Below, in pieces: positions 26,732-39,500 of a DNA stretch of 64,000 nt. Both the position numbers and the translations under genes were made by a program. This stretch comes from Mobula birostris. Lineage: Eukaryota. Location: the NCBI RefSeq assembly GCF_030028105.1, contig NC_092370.1, positions 85,642,969-85,706,968 on the forward strand, given 5' to 3'. The notes below the pieces were generated by a model, which was not told the DNA's origin, ran no database searches, and was given only the letters and a program-made list of their open reading frames with translations. Position 1 is the stretch's first letter; every line of letters starts with the position of its first letter.

Positions 26732-27066
26732 TGGCAGATTGTTCATTCAGTAGAATAAATAAATGAGAATGTACATCTCAATATTTGTTGTAAGAACAGA
26801 TACAATTAATATTTACAGCTTGCGTCAGCAAAGTACAGCAGTTAATTGCTTACCATATCATAGAGTTCAGAAACCACTATGTCTAATATGATCAAAATGG
26901 GAAAAGTGAACATGGAATAGAAATATTTTTCCTAGGAAACCAGAACCTGATGGCATTCATCGCAGAACAATGAGAAATCATGCATCATCATGTTCATGTA
27001 CATATTATTACCCAAAACAAACTTTAAGATGTCATTTTAATAATCTTTAAATATATTTGTGTTTTC

Positions 27067-27887
27067 TCATATTGTGCTTAAGTCAATAGTGACATGTTTA
27101 TATATTAGTGTGTTTCCTTTGAAACTTGAACTGAACATGAACTCACGATTGTCTGTCAACACAAATGTAAATGACCGTGGAGCTTGTATGTTAAGTTCCT
27201 GGAATTTCACAAATTTGCTTTTCTTGGTTTCCCAGCGGTAGACTTGGGTGAAGGAGTAATCACTGCCAAGAATGGCATACTGCCAGCCATTTATTTGGAG
27301 AGGCTGAAAGACCATGGCACCACGAGATGGAAAGGTCTGCTTTTCCACAAATCTGGAGGCTTCCCATTTCATCAGCTTGGAGTCTCCTATGAACCTGGTA
27401 AGGCAAATGTAGAGATCATCCTTGACTACAAAATGTTTCACTGCATACACGTCCTCCATCTCTGGAATATCTGTGCGCCACACAAACTGTTTCTGGTTTT
27501 TGTTCCACTGGAATATGACAGGACGCTGGGAGCTACTTGACAAGATTAAGTGTGGCTTATTAGCTATTTCGAGGTACTCCACATCAGTGTCTCTGAACCA
27601 TGAATGTAGACTTTGATGAGAGTAGAATCCGTTTCCATTCCACTTGTACACTGTAGTTGATCCAGCCTTTGAAGTGTCTGCTATAACAAAGTACCATTCT
27701 CCTTCTATTTTGAATGTCTCAATGTCATTCGGTTTCCTGATTTTAATGTTGTCTACATCTTGCATCTTGATGAACTTGTTCGCAAAACTATCCCTCTTAT
27801 AGATGTGAGAGCCACCAAATAACTGGGCCATAATAATAAATAGCTGGTCATCAATAACCAGAGGCTTGCAGAACACAGTGGAGCTCC
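27067..27887 (-). CDS. LGI1: LGI1-like exon 8 (EPTP beta-propeller and stop codon)
   Basis: [12 protein letters not shown]...[21 protein letters not shown]...[11 protein letters not shown]. The spliced CDS totals 1629 nt (542 aa) with all phases consistent. Orthology (LGI1 versus a paralog) is not resolved. Confidence 0.94.
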
Positions 27888-27979
27888 CTGCACCAAGAAA
27901 AGCAATGTTAGTCATCAATCAAGAAAAGGCATAATCTAACACCACTGTCATACCTTAAGCTGTTAAGTCTTAAAGAAAG

Positions 27980-28300
27980 ATCAAAGATAAAGATTAAATG
28001 TCAAATGTACATCAAAACATATAATGAAATGTGTCATTTGTGTCAAAGACCAACGCAGTCCAAGAATTGTGCAGTCCGTAAGTGTCACTATGCATCCAGC
28101 ACCAATATAACATGCCCACAACTTACAAACACTAACCCATACATCTTTTTTGAATGTGGGGAGAAACCAGAGTGCCCAGAGGAAACTCACACAGAGATGG
28201 GAAGAATGTACTAACAGCTTACAGTCAGCGGCAGGAACTGAATCCCAATCTACCGATCGCTGGCAATGTAAAGCTTTACAATAACTGCTACACTACCATG
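27980..28300 (-). mobile_element. tRNA-derived V-SINE (HE1-like)
   Basis: V-domain-like GTGTGAGTTTCCTCTGGGCACTCTGGTTTCTCCCCACATT on the minus strand; a related partial copy lies at 56255-56445. Confidence 0.7.
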
Positions 28301-29647
28301 ACCCTCTTTTATATATTAATTTAAATATAAATTAAACTTAAATATAATATAAATATAATTATATTTTAATGCAAAATATAAATACAAAATTTTGATATTT
28401 TATATTAGATTTAAATTTACATTTTATAAAAATTCAAAGTTTAAATGGAGATACAATATACATTTCAGGTCATAGGTTTTAATATTAAGTGACATAAATT
28501 TAAAGATAGAAGAATTAAATGTGGTGGGGTTCATTGTAGACAGCAACACCAAATGCTCACTGGTGCTATCATACTCCTGCCTACAATGAAGATATTTAGT
28601 TATTAGTAAAGATTGGTATGACTGGACCTGTTTCTTTGAACCAGAGGAGGCATACAGAAGATTTTGTGAAGGTACAGAAAACCAATGGAGGCCTTAAATG
28701 GATGAATAGGAGGACCTAATAAATAACTAGCTTTGGGATAAGGAGGATGCTTCTTCAATTGGATCTTCCACTCTGGCAAGCTGTAGGTGTGGAGTAATTG
28801 AATGTATTCAAAGGAGAATTGTCAAACACATTTGAAATATGAAGGAGTCAGGGTGCATGAGGGAGAGAGAAGGTAAGTGGTGTTGAGATCAGCATATATT
28901 TGTTGAATGATGAACCAGGCTCATCAAGCTGATTGGGCTACTCCTGATAATTAACTGGCACAGAATTTAAGGCAGAAGAATTAAAATCAGTTTTTCTTAC
29001 GCAATACGTGGTGATTCTCTGGAACTTACTGCAAGAAAGGCTGGCAAAGGCAGAAACCCTTACTGCATTTCAGAAGTTATGACCCAAAAAATTATGGGGT
29101 GAAATATGGAAAACACAATTGCCGTCAACAGCAAACAACAAGCTACCAGAGAAACTAAGTGCAGAAGCAGAGGGATAGTTGACACTTAGGGTCAAGGCCC
29201 TACATCAGAATCTAGCTCTGTTACAGCCAACAATTCACATAATGAGCTGAATACTCTGCTATGTCACTATTTTTTTATGATTTTATGAGGTTTCTAGAAA
29301 GTGTATAGGGAGGTGAAAACTATAATATATTAAAAAGGGCAACACACAGTTATACGGTACCTCTAATGTAGTAAACTGTCCACCAAGAAACATTATCAGA
29401 CAAAACTGAATACCGAACTACATAAAGAGATAATGGGGCCAAAAGCTTGGCCAAAGAAGGACACACTTTGGAGCAACATAAATGAGACACAGATGAATTG
29501 CAGGGGAATTTCAGACATAAGGACAGGGAGCTGTCGACACAGCAGTTAAAAGTGGAGCATTTTTGAAGTCCAGGAACAGAAAGAAATTGGACAGTCTGGC
29601 CACAAACAGAGCAGGTGACAACACTGATCATTGTTTCCTGTCCATAC

Positions 29648-29812
29648 CAATAATGTTGTCATAGTTTCTGAAAACCATCTCCACGTGATCCCATTCAAAA
29701 AAGCTACACTTCCCCACAGCAGGCTGTGCAATGACGACATTGGCATCATTCATGAAGGTAAAGGCTTCTATCGAAAGAGACTGAAATTGTAAAATTTGAT
29801 CCACAGCAAACT
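29648..29812 (-). CDS. LGI1: LGI1-like exon 7 (first EPTP/EAR repeat)
   Basis: [55 protein letters not shown](G); 165 nt; AG / GTATG boundaries. Confidence 0.93.
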
Positions 29813-29909
29813 CTATAAGACAAAAGGGGAAAGATAACAATGGGATAAGTTAATGCATCAATCAGGGTTCTACCACTTCAGTATGATAAAGTTGTTTTGT
29901 TGCAATCAC

Positions 29910-30079
29910 CTGTTGTTATGCAGTCAAATTCCTTCAGTGAAAGGTTATTAATTTTACGACCCTGATACTCCAACGGACTGGCACAGTAGATCTGATCAAC
30001 TGTTGCATTTGTGCTGCTTAACCATTCCACCAGCCACTTCAGTTTGCAGTCACAATGAAAAGAATTCCCTCTAAGATCT
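29910..30079 (-). CDS. LGI1: LGI1-like exon 6 (LRRCT)
   Basis: [56 protein letters not shown]; 170 nt; AG / GTGAT boundaries. Confidence 0.93.
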
Positions 30080-31529
30080 CTGCAATTAAAAATAATTCAT
30101 AATAAGAAATTTTCTTTAAAGATTCATAGTTAATGAAGCAACACACTATCCCTGCACTCTGATGTAGATAGATAGTTCATTTTGCAAATGGGACACTCGA
30201 AGGTCAGTAGCTATAAGTCAACTAAAATAATCCTTGCATATCTACAGGTTAACTAAATTTAAAATACTTTTCACACTTTTAGATGACTAAATGCATCCTA
30301 CTAGAATCTGAGACGGTGTCTAAGTGAACCAAAATCTCAACTAAACAGAGATCGATCAAACAAATGCAATTGGCCTCGGTCAAAGTCTAGAGAATCAAGT
30401 CTGAAAATGACAGTTTCAAAGTTTCAGTCCAAGGCAACTGAAACAAATGATAGTGTAGTTATAATAGGAGTTGTGTAACAGCACAGGAATATAGAAGAAA
30501 TTTCAAAGAATTGATGGATTAGAGAATATTTCACAGATAAAAAATGGGTGAGACTTTAGCAGGAGAAAATTTCAGGTCACCCAATATAAGATTTCAGGCA
30601 AGAGATGTGACAAAATAACAGCAGTGGAGGGATCAATTGTGGTGATATATGCCAGAGTTAAAAATTTACAGATGCAAAATAAGATGGCTCCAAGGATAAA
30701 ATTCAGAGATGACTGTTCAATAGTAGGAAGAGACACCACTGAAGATTCTAGCGTTGCGAATCAATAGAAGAGAAAGGCACTAAAGCCAATGGGAAGTCAT
30801 GGAAATGTTTTTGAAAGCTGTGGTAGGTCAAGAATGATGTGAATCAATTGTTTACCACAATCAGAGTCAAACTTATACAAACATGGACACAAACCTTAAT
30901 AAGTTAAACTATATAAAGAAGAACAGATATCATAAAAAAATTACAGTGATCACCAATATCTGAATCAATGGAGTGTTTACCACCAAGATCCAATAGTAAC
31001 TGAAGGCCATCCAATCGTATATTCAGGTCTTCAATTAGCAGAAACTGGTTATTCTAGTCTCAGCAAATGGGATCCAAACACAGTTGGCAAAATTTACAAT
31101 TACACTTCATCCCAGGCTAGACAGACATTTAATATAACAATAAAAGAAACTTGGCAATGTGTAATGTGGGTTGCCCTTTCACTCTCACCCCATTCTATCA
31201 GCAGTCGCAATTCCATTCTATTAAAAAATGAAATACATCCAATAACTTGTGCAAAAGCAAAACGCTCCAGTTGCTGGAAATCGGAAATAAAGCATCAAAC
31301 ATGCTTGAAATTCTCAGCAGGTCAGACAGCATCAATGAAGGTAAAGGCAGACAGCTGTCTGTGGCATTTTCTATTTGATGACCTTTCATCAGAACCAAGA
31401 AGTTCTAGTAAGAAGGCTCTCCACTGAACCCGCTGAGTATTTCAAGCACTTGCCATTGTAGTTTAGTCATCTAAAGAATCAAAGATCTTACATTATCAGT
31501 AAGAAAATCATAATTACAGATAATTCTTA

Positions 31530-31661
<132 letters not shown>

Positions 31662-32654
31662 CTATAGTGTGGGGTACTGGCTGACGAAACTGGGAGAGCA
31701 GTTTTGAGACACGTGCAACACATTGCTTTGAGAAAAAAAGAACTGTGACTGCAGTGGCTGCAGCATCTCATTATTTCCTTCCACTGTCTTGCAACTTGCT
31801 TCATTGTCTGCTTAGAAACTTTAGTTGTACCCCTAGAATGCATTAGATATGCACACCAACTGTTTTCATCATTGGTCCTAGAGCAGTTCTCATATTTTCT
31901 TATGACATAGAAGGCCTTCAGAGCAATCCCATCATCCTATTTCCCTACTTAATTCCAATAACCTATTCCCTCATGCATGCTTACCAGCTCTAGTAAGAAA
32001 CCATTCCACAAAAACTTCCCAAGGCTTGGACTGGTCACTGTTTTATTATTATCACATGTACAAACATACAGTGAAAAATTTATCTTGCATACCATTCATA
32101 CAGATCAGATCACTACACAGTACTTTGAAGTAGAACAAGGTAAAACAATAACAGGGTGCAGAATAAAATTAGCAGTTACAGAGAAAATGCAGTGCAGGTA
32201 GACAAACATGTAAAAGGTCAAAACAGGGTAAGTTGTGAAGCACTTGGTGTTGGGACAGCACAGGAAAGATTGTTGGCGCTTTAGGATAAATCAACACTGT
32301 GTTGGGGAGTTTAGAGGAGAGTACTGCATGATACTGAAGTGTTTGGGAGAGAGACCAGCATTTGGTATTGGGGTTGAACTTAGTGTGGGGACACAGACTA
32401 GCACTATACTGGCGTTGATTGAGGGAGAGGCTGGCACTTGGTATTGGAGGGCACAGGAAGGAACAAACTGGTGTTGGGAGTATAGGCAAGAAATTGGCAT
32501 GATATTGATGGGTTCAGCAAAGACCCTGACATGTGGAATTGATGTGGCTCAAGGGGTGGCATGATTTTAGTGGATACAAAGGTGGGTGACTTAGGATTCT
32601 TGGGACAGGTTACAGGAGATACTGGAAACTGGTGAAGGAAGCAGAGAAAGCATC

Positions 32655-33935
32655 ACAATATAAGACATTGAAGCAGAATTAGGCCATTCGGCCCATTGTG
32701 TCTGCTCTGCCATCTGATCCTGGCTGATCCATTTCTCTCTCAACCCCATTCTCCTGCCTTCTCCCCATAACCTTCTATGCCCTGACTTATCAAGAATCTA
32801 TCAACTTTTGCCTTAAATACACTTAATGACCTGGCCTCCACAGCTGTCTGTGGCAGTGAATTCCTCAGATTGACACTCTCTGGCTATAGAAATTGTTCCT
32901 CATCTTCGTTCTAAATGGACATCCCTCTTTACTGAGGTTGTAGCCTCTGGGTCCTAGACTCCCCCACTATTGGAAACATACTCTCCATATGTACCCTATC
33001 TAGACCTTTCATCAATCGAAAGGTTTCAATGAGATTCCCCCCACCACCAATCTTCTAAGTCCCAGCGACTACAGGCCCAGAGCCATCAAATGCTCCTCAT
33101 ATGATAAGCCTTTCAATCCCAGAATCATTTTTGTGAACCTCCTTGTAACCCTCTCCAATGTCAGCACATCCCTTCTTGGATAAGGGGCCAAATCTGCTCA
33201 CGATACTCCAAGTGAGGCCTCACCAGTGCCTTATAAAGCCTCAGCATTACATCCTTGTTTTTATATTCTTGTCCTCTCAAAATGAATGCCAACACTACAT
33301 TTGCCTTCCTCACCACCGACTCAACCTGCAAGTTAACTTTTAGGGAATCCTGCACGAAGACTCCCAAGACCCTTTGCACCTCGGATTTTTTTAAATTTTT
33401 GGCTTGTTTATAAGATATTCTACCGATTTATTTTTTCTACCAAAGTTCATGACCATATACTTCCTGACACTGTATTTCATCTGCTACTTCTTTGCCCGTT
33501 CTCCTAATCTGTCTAAGTGCTTCTACAGCCTCCCTGCTTCCTCTACTTTATCTGCCCCTGCACCTATCTTTGTATCGTCCGCAAACCTGGCCATTAAATC
33601 ATTGACATAAAAGAATCGGTCCCACCACTAACCCCTGCAGAACACCACTAATCACCAGAAGCCAATCAGAAGAGGCACCCTTTATTCTCACACTTTGCAT
33701 CCTGTCAGTCAGCCAATCTTCTATCTATGCTAGCATCTTTACTGTAATACCATGACTCTTACCTTGCTAAGCAGCCTCAGGTGTGGCACCTTGTCAAAGG
33801 GCTTCTGAAAATCCAAGTACACACAGCATCCACCATTTCTGCTTTGTCTATCCTGCTTGTTATTTCCTCAAAGAATTCCAACAGATTTGTCAGACGAGAT
33901 TTTCCCTTAAGAAAACCATGCTGACTTTGGCCCAT
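32655..33935 (-). mobile_element. CR1 3' fragment
   Basis: RT C-terminal remnants (LYKALVRPHLEY) and a 3' tail. Confidence 0.88.
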
Positions 33936-34088
33936 TGTGTTGGTTGTTCTAGGCAGGACCAGGTCTTGGGCTTGGTCTTGGTCTTGTAATCAGTCAGTGA
34001 GAATAAGCTCCTGGTGCTGGGGGCAATGAGGATCCAGATCATTACCACTAATTTACTCCGGCAGAGACCCGGGTTTAATCCCAGCCTC

Positions 34089-34412
34089 TCACACAAAATG
34101 CTGGTGAACACAGCAGACCTGGCAGCATCTATTGGAAGAGGTACAATCGACGGTTCAGGCCAAGACCCTTCGTCAGGACTAACTGAAAGAACTACTTGTG
34201 CTACCACTTGTGCTGGCAGCTCATTCGACACCCTCACCACCTTCTGACCTTCACCTTCACTCTCTTCTTTCAGTTAGTCCTGACGAAGGGTCTTGGCCCG
34301 AAACGTCGACTGTACCTCTTCCTAGAGATGCTGCTTGGCCTGCTGCATTCACCAGCATTTTGTGTGTGTTGCTTACATTTCCAGCATCTGCAGATTTCCT
34401 CGTGTTTGCGTT
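34089..34412 (+). mobile_element. Penelope-derived element with two inverted hammerhead-bearing arms and a 15-bp TSD
   Basis: Arms 34089-34188 and 34268-34370 are reverse complements; TSD TTTAATCCCAGCCTC at 34074-34088 and 34413-34427. Confidence 0.85.
34275..34312 (+). ncRNA. Minimal type I hammerhead ribozyme motif (Penelope type)
   Basis: TAGTC-CTGACGA-A-GGGTCTTGGCCC-GAAA-CGTC-GACTG: CUGANGA and GAAA cores, stem II, palindromic ACGT in place of stem III, GUC cleavage triplet, and stem I TAGTC/GACTG. Confidence 0.75.
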
Positions 34413-34769
34413 TTTAATCCCAGCCTCCTGTGCTGTCTGTGTAGAGTTTGCATATTCTCCCAGGGACAGCAAGGCTTTCTTCCAGGTGCTCTGTTTTTCT
34501 CCCACATTCCATGATGTGCAGCTTGGTAGGTTAACCGGCCATCACAACTTGCCACTCGTGTCAGTGAGTGGTAGGATCTGAGGAGTTGATGAGAGTGTGG
34601 GGAGTAGAAAAAAATGGATCAGTGGTTGATGGATAGACAGAGGGCTTGTTTCATTTTTATTACTCCCTATCACTTGAAAATAACTGCATTGTGCAATGGA
34701 ATTTCAAGGTTTTTTTTCTAATTTGTTTTCCTTCATGTCTCTATTTCATAACCCTTTACTTACCAAGTA

Positions 34770-35565
34770 ATGGGTTAAGGATGAAATGTGAAATGTATAA
34801 AGGGAACATGAGGGGGATCTTCTTCACTCAGAAGGTGGTGAGAGTGTGGAATGAGCTGCCAGCACAAGTAGTGGATACAGGTTCGATTTCAACACTTAAG
34901 AGAAATTTGTTTAAGTACATGGATGGGAGGGGTATGGAGGGCTATGGTCCGGGGTGCAGGTTGATTGGAGCAACACTTTCAGTACACTGGATGAACTCAG
35001 CAGGTCGGGCAGCATCAGTTAGAAACGATGAGTTGACATTTCGGGCCGGAACCCTTCGTTAGGACTGAAGAATGAAAGATGGGGAAAGATTTGAAGGATG
35101 CTTGTAGCTTCAGTTGAAAGACCAGTAATTTGAAAGACAAAGGGATGGGGAAGGGGAAGCATTGACGTCATAGCCCTGAAAACAATGGGTAGTAGAAGAA
35201 GGAGGTGGAACCATGAGGGAGCTGGGGGAGGGGTTAGAGTGAAATAGGGTTAGAGGAAGGGAGGGGGAGGGAATTACCGGAAGTTGGAGAATTCTATGTT
35301 CATACCAAGGGGTTGGAGACTACCTAGACGATATATGAGCTGTTGCTCCTCCAACCTGAGTTTAGCCTCATCATGGCAGTAGAGAAGGCCATGTGTGGAC
35401 ATATCTGAATGGGAATGGGAAGCAGAGTTGAAGTGGGTGGCTACCGGGAGATCCTGTCTGTTGTGGCGGACGGAGTGGAGGTTGATTGGACTAGGCAGAT
35501 AGTTAGTTTGGCACAGACTAGATGCGCCAAAGAGTCTAGTTCTATGCTTTAGTGTTCTATGACTC
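34770..35565 (+). mobile_element. CR1 3' fragment interrupted by a Penelope insertion
   Basis: FFTQKVVRVWNELP; the 3' UTR resumes at 35479 and ends in a GTTCTATG tail. Confidence 0.8.
34970..35478 (-). mobile_element. Penelope-like element 3' end (GIY-YIG endonuclease C-terminus and pseudo-LTR) with a 12-bp TSD
   Basis: LPVATHFNSASHSHSDM..LEEQQLIYRLGSLQPLGMNIEF*; TSD AGGTTGATTGGA at 34958-34969 and 35479-35490. Confidence 0.88.
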
Positions 35566-35704
35566 GAAGTCTTCTGTTCCTCCATCAATCCAACAGAAAT
35601 GTTAGCATCATCAAATTGCAATTTCTTGATTCAACTTGTTTGCTATCAAAGTCTTTTCAACCTTGGCCCATATGCAGTTTGCCCAATCAAAAATGACAGA
35701 TGTA

Positions 35705-36565
35705 CAGTGGCGTGCAAAAGTTTGGGCACCGGGTCAAAATTTCTGTTACTGTGAATAGCTAAGCGAGTAAAAGATGACCTGATTTCCAAAAGGCATAAAG
35801 TTAAAGATGACAAATTTCTTTAATGTTTTAAGCAAGATTATTTTTTAATTTCCATCTTTTACAGTTTCAAAATAACAAAAAAGGAAAAGGGCCCAAAGTA
35901 AAAGTTTGGGCACCCTGCACGGTCAGTACTTAGTAACACCCCCCTTGGCAAGTATCACAGCTTGTAAACGCTTTCTGTAGCCAGCTAAGAGTCTTTCAAC
36001 TCTTATTTGGGGGACTTTCACCCATTCTTCCTTGCAAAAGGCTTCTAGTTCTGTGAGATTCTTGGGCCGTCTTGCATGCACTGCTCTTTTGAGGTCTATC
36101 CACAGATTTTCGATGATGTTTAGGTCAGGGGACTGTGAGCGCCATGGCAAAACCTTCAGCTTGCACCTCTTGAGGTAGCCCATTGTGGATTTTGAGGTGT
36201 GTTTAGGATCATTATCCTGTTGTAGAAGCCATCCTCTTTTCATCTTCAGCTTTTTTACAGACGGTATGATGCTTGCTTCCAGAATTTGCTGGTATTTAAT
36301 TGAATTCATTCTTCCCTCTACCAGTGAAATGTCCCCCGTGCCACTGGCTGCAACACAAGCCCAAAGCATGATCGATCCACCCCTGTGCTTAACAGTTGGA
36401 GAGGGGTTCTTTTCATGAAATTCTTCACCCTTTTTTCTCCAACATACCTTTGCTCATTGCGGCCAAAATTCAGCTTCAGAAGTTTGCAAAGGAACATCTA
36501 AACAAGCCTGATGCATTTCGGAAAAAAGTCCTATGGACTGATGAAGTTAAAATAGAACTTTTTGT
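35705..36565 (-). mobile_element. Tc1-type (IR/DR) DNA transposon remnant: one TIR and the catalytic part of the transposase
   Basis: TA|CAGTGG terminus at 35703-35710; direct repeat AAAAGTTTGGGCACC at ~35716 and 35900; QQDNDPKHTS and SPDLNIIENLW motifs; the WTDE segment at 36470-36563 is inverted. Confidence 0.92.
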
Positions 36566-39500
36566 GAAAGAAATCAAGGCAGTAATCCATTCTCTATCTA
36601 TGGATAACTATGCTTACTCTACGTAACCTTTGTAGTTTGCAAATCCTTTTAAAGTTCTTGATTGGATTACTACCTGTACTTATAAATGTTAAGCATATCC
36701 TTTAAACATCATACCGGTCATCATGGCAGTAAGAGGGCAAAAGTGTCGTAGACACTATATGAGATCAGCACAATTTATTGCCATTGACTGAGACAGTTTG
36801 CATGATCTCATTGGAACATCACTCAAAGTTAACACTGTAAAATAACCTTAAATCCTGAATAATGTTACAATCCTACTTCTTTTGTAAGCCTCATTCACAA
36901 ATCCTGCTGAGAGGGTTGAACAGGAAGCTCAGGCAACGTCGGACTGGCACCATTTCTAAACCTGACTGTCAATTTCACCATGTCCTAACAAACTCGTCAG
37001 ATAATATGACCTGTGTCAACAATGAACCAGATCTCAACGGGTGCAATAAATGTCAACATTTACTTATTACTTTCAACGGTGAATGAAACAAACATGAGCA
37101 CGACTTCAAGAGGGAAAAAGCAAAACCAATACTTCAAAACATAGAATGTTTACATACCATCATTCATTTATTCAGAAGAACCACATTAGCAAATACTAAA
37201 ACATAAGGTACTATTGTCTAGCAGTAAAAATAATAGATAACAGACATGAATGAAAACAATCTATTTCTCTGTTTAAATACAAGCTCTACAAAGTATTAAG
37301 TTTTGATGGAATGTATTTGAAATTTAAGAGCAGGAATGCCAACTCTAGTTGCATGTATTCCAAGAAATTACAACTGCACTGCTTAGTCAAGCAGCCTTAG
37401 CACTTTAAGTTTAATCAATAAGAACAGTTAAACAAATTGAAATCAATTTATTAAATTTAATGTGTCTATGATTTTTCTCCTGGGTTGTCTGTGACCAGAT
37501 CAATCTCAATTCCTGATGTCTTCAGTACAGCCCAGGGACATCAGCACCACAACTCATGAGAAGGTTGAAAACTATTCATTCAGTCCTTCCTATCTCATTC
37601 TATGCTGCTGTGACAACAGAGGCACAGTGATTAACTCCACTGGCTGTACAGTTACTTTTTGAATAAATAATTTTAAAAATGGTAATGTAAATCCCATTTG
37701 GCAATGAAAACGTGTTCTAGTTCAGTTACAATTCTTCAGTAAGAGGAAGAGTCCTTGTCTCAAGCAGAGAATATCTGATTGTGCAAACCATGGTCATTTA
37801 GACCTAAAGATTGCATTACAAAGGTTACCCATGAGGGAAAGAATATGACCTTTTCAGCTTATCCTGTCTATCCTTTGTCCTACAGAAAGTGTTGATTTGT
37901 GCCTCCATTTCCCTACAAATGGAACTATCAAGTAGGACAAGACCATAAAGAGCCAAAAAGAAAACCATTTAAGAGACACAAATGCTGGGTTTGCTGGCTT
38001 GGGCCACACTTTCACCACTGTTAATGACTGCTCACTCAGTATTTACTTTGAACCACTTACTGTCCATGAACTTCCACCGAATCTACATCTCATCTCATCA
38101 CAAATACTTTCTGTGCCTTTCTCCCTTCTGCATACATCTAATTTCCCTGTAATGTTTTGTTAAATAACACATTATATTAATAAGATTTAGTAAGCAGGTT
38201 CCATTACAGCCCATGATGTCAGTTAGTTACAAACAGATTGCTGTAATTTGGTGAGATGGCTTTAAAGTATCAAGGGTCCACATTTCTAGTAAGTGAAGAA
38301 TTTTATCTTTTGAAGTTTTCTGTTATATTTTGACACATTTTTTTAAACCCAGTAAGTGGTTTAAAAATCGTTTACATCTAGTCATGTATTGCACTCTATC
38401 AAAAAGTCACTGTTTATAAGGGCTGTTTAAAATTTTCTCCTTTTTTGATACTTGATAAATTTCCTTCTATTATTGATTTAAAATTTTTACAAAAACACCA
38501 TTAGAGTCAACATGTAATCAACAGAGCTTAGATGTCAGGAAGCATGTATAAAAGGCAGCTGATCACGAGCTATGCCTGGCCTTAATGACAAATGTGAAGA
38601 TTTACCCCAGGGAAGCTGTAACAAATTAGAAATTCTTTGTCATACATCCTATTAATGCAGAAATCAGAAACCCAACTGAAAACAATAATTGCTGCATGAT
38701 GATACATTGCTGCTCCAAGGTCTGGCTCCTTTAAAATTAAGTCACCTTAAAAATTTCATTCCTTAAACGGTGTATTTTCCCAAGGGATTAAGCAAATGTT
38801 TTTGAAAGCCAAAAGCAAGAAGAAACACAAGATAGAAACAAAACAGCCAGAGAAACATTTGGCAAGCCTTTCATGTAAGTCATCAAAATTCTATTTGGAA
38901 AAGCACAAGCTAATATTTTAAATGGTCACATTCCTGCAGAGAAGTCTTTCTATAAAGGTTATCACTCCATCCACTTAAGCAATGTTTAATTTTCTTTGTG
39001 CCCCAGCCACGTTTCTGACTAAGACTGGTAGACTGTATTTGTTTTACTTTGCAAATGAAGTCACATCCATTTTAAAATTAGGCTGAGAGTCTCACACTAA
39101 ATTTAAGAAGTCACATTCAAATAAAGCAGTAACTCTGAGATTTTATGGGTCAGCCGCCAGTTTCCTACTGTAATTCCAATGAAAGGCTGGCATAAACATG
39201 AGAAGGGTAATGTAAACAGGTGATGAGACTGGTTAATGATGCGGGGAGGGGAGATGGAAGACTGAACAAAGAGAGAGCGATCATAAGCGTAACACCTGAC
39301 TCCATCTGTCCAGCATCCAGATACCTATCAACCTGGGTTCTTTCCCCTTGGATCACTATTCCTATCTTCTCCCCTCCATCATGGTTTCATCTGCTCATCT
39401 TTCCTCTCTTATCTGCTTCCACCTATTACCTTCCAACTTCTGTCTCTTCCCTCCCCCCATTTGCCTATTTGTCCCTTCTTATCTGTTTCTACCTATCACC

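Larger units (their letters stand above)
34040..34640 (+). mobile_element. V-SINE (HE1-like) interrupted at its B box by a Penelope-derived insertion
   Basis: GACCCGGGTTTAATCCC B box, resuming at 34413 with TGCTGTCTGTGTAGAGTTTGCATATTCTCCC. Confidence 0.65.

Noticed and set aside
28305-28520. Very AT-rich stretch
   Set aside because: Low-complexity intron sequence with no defined structure.
32235-32564. 109-aa ORF and loose TGGTGTTGGG repeats
   Set aside because: Irregular period and no homology; probably a decayed simple repeat.
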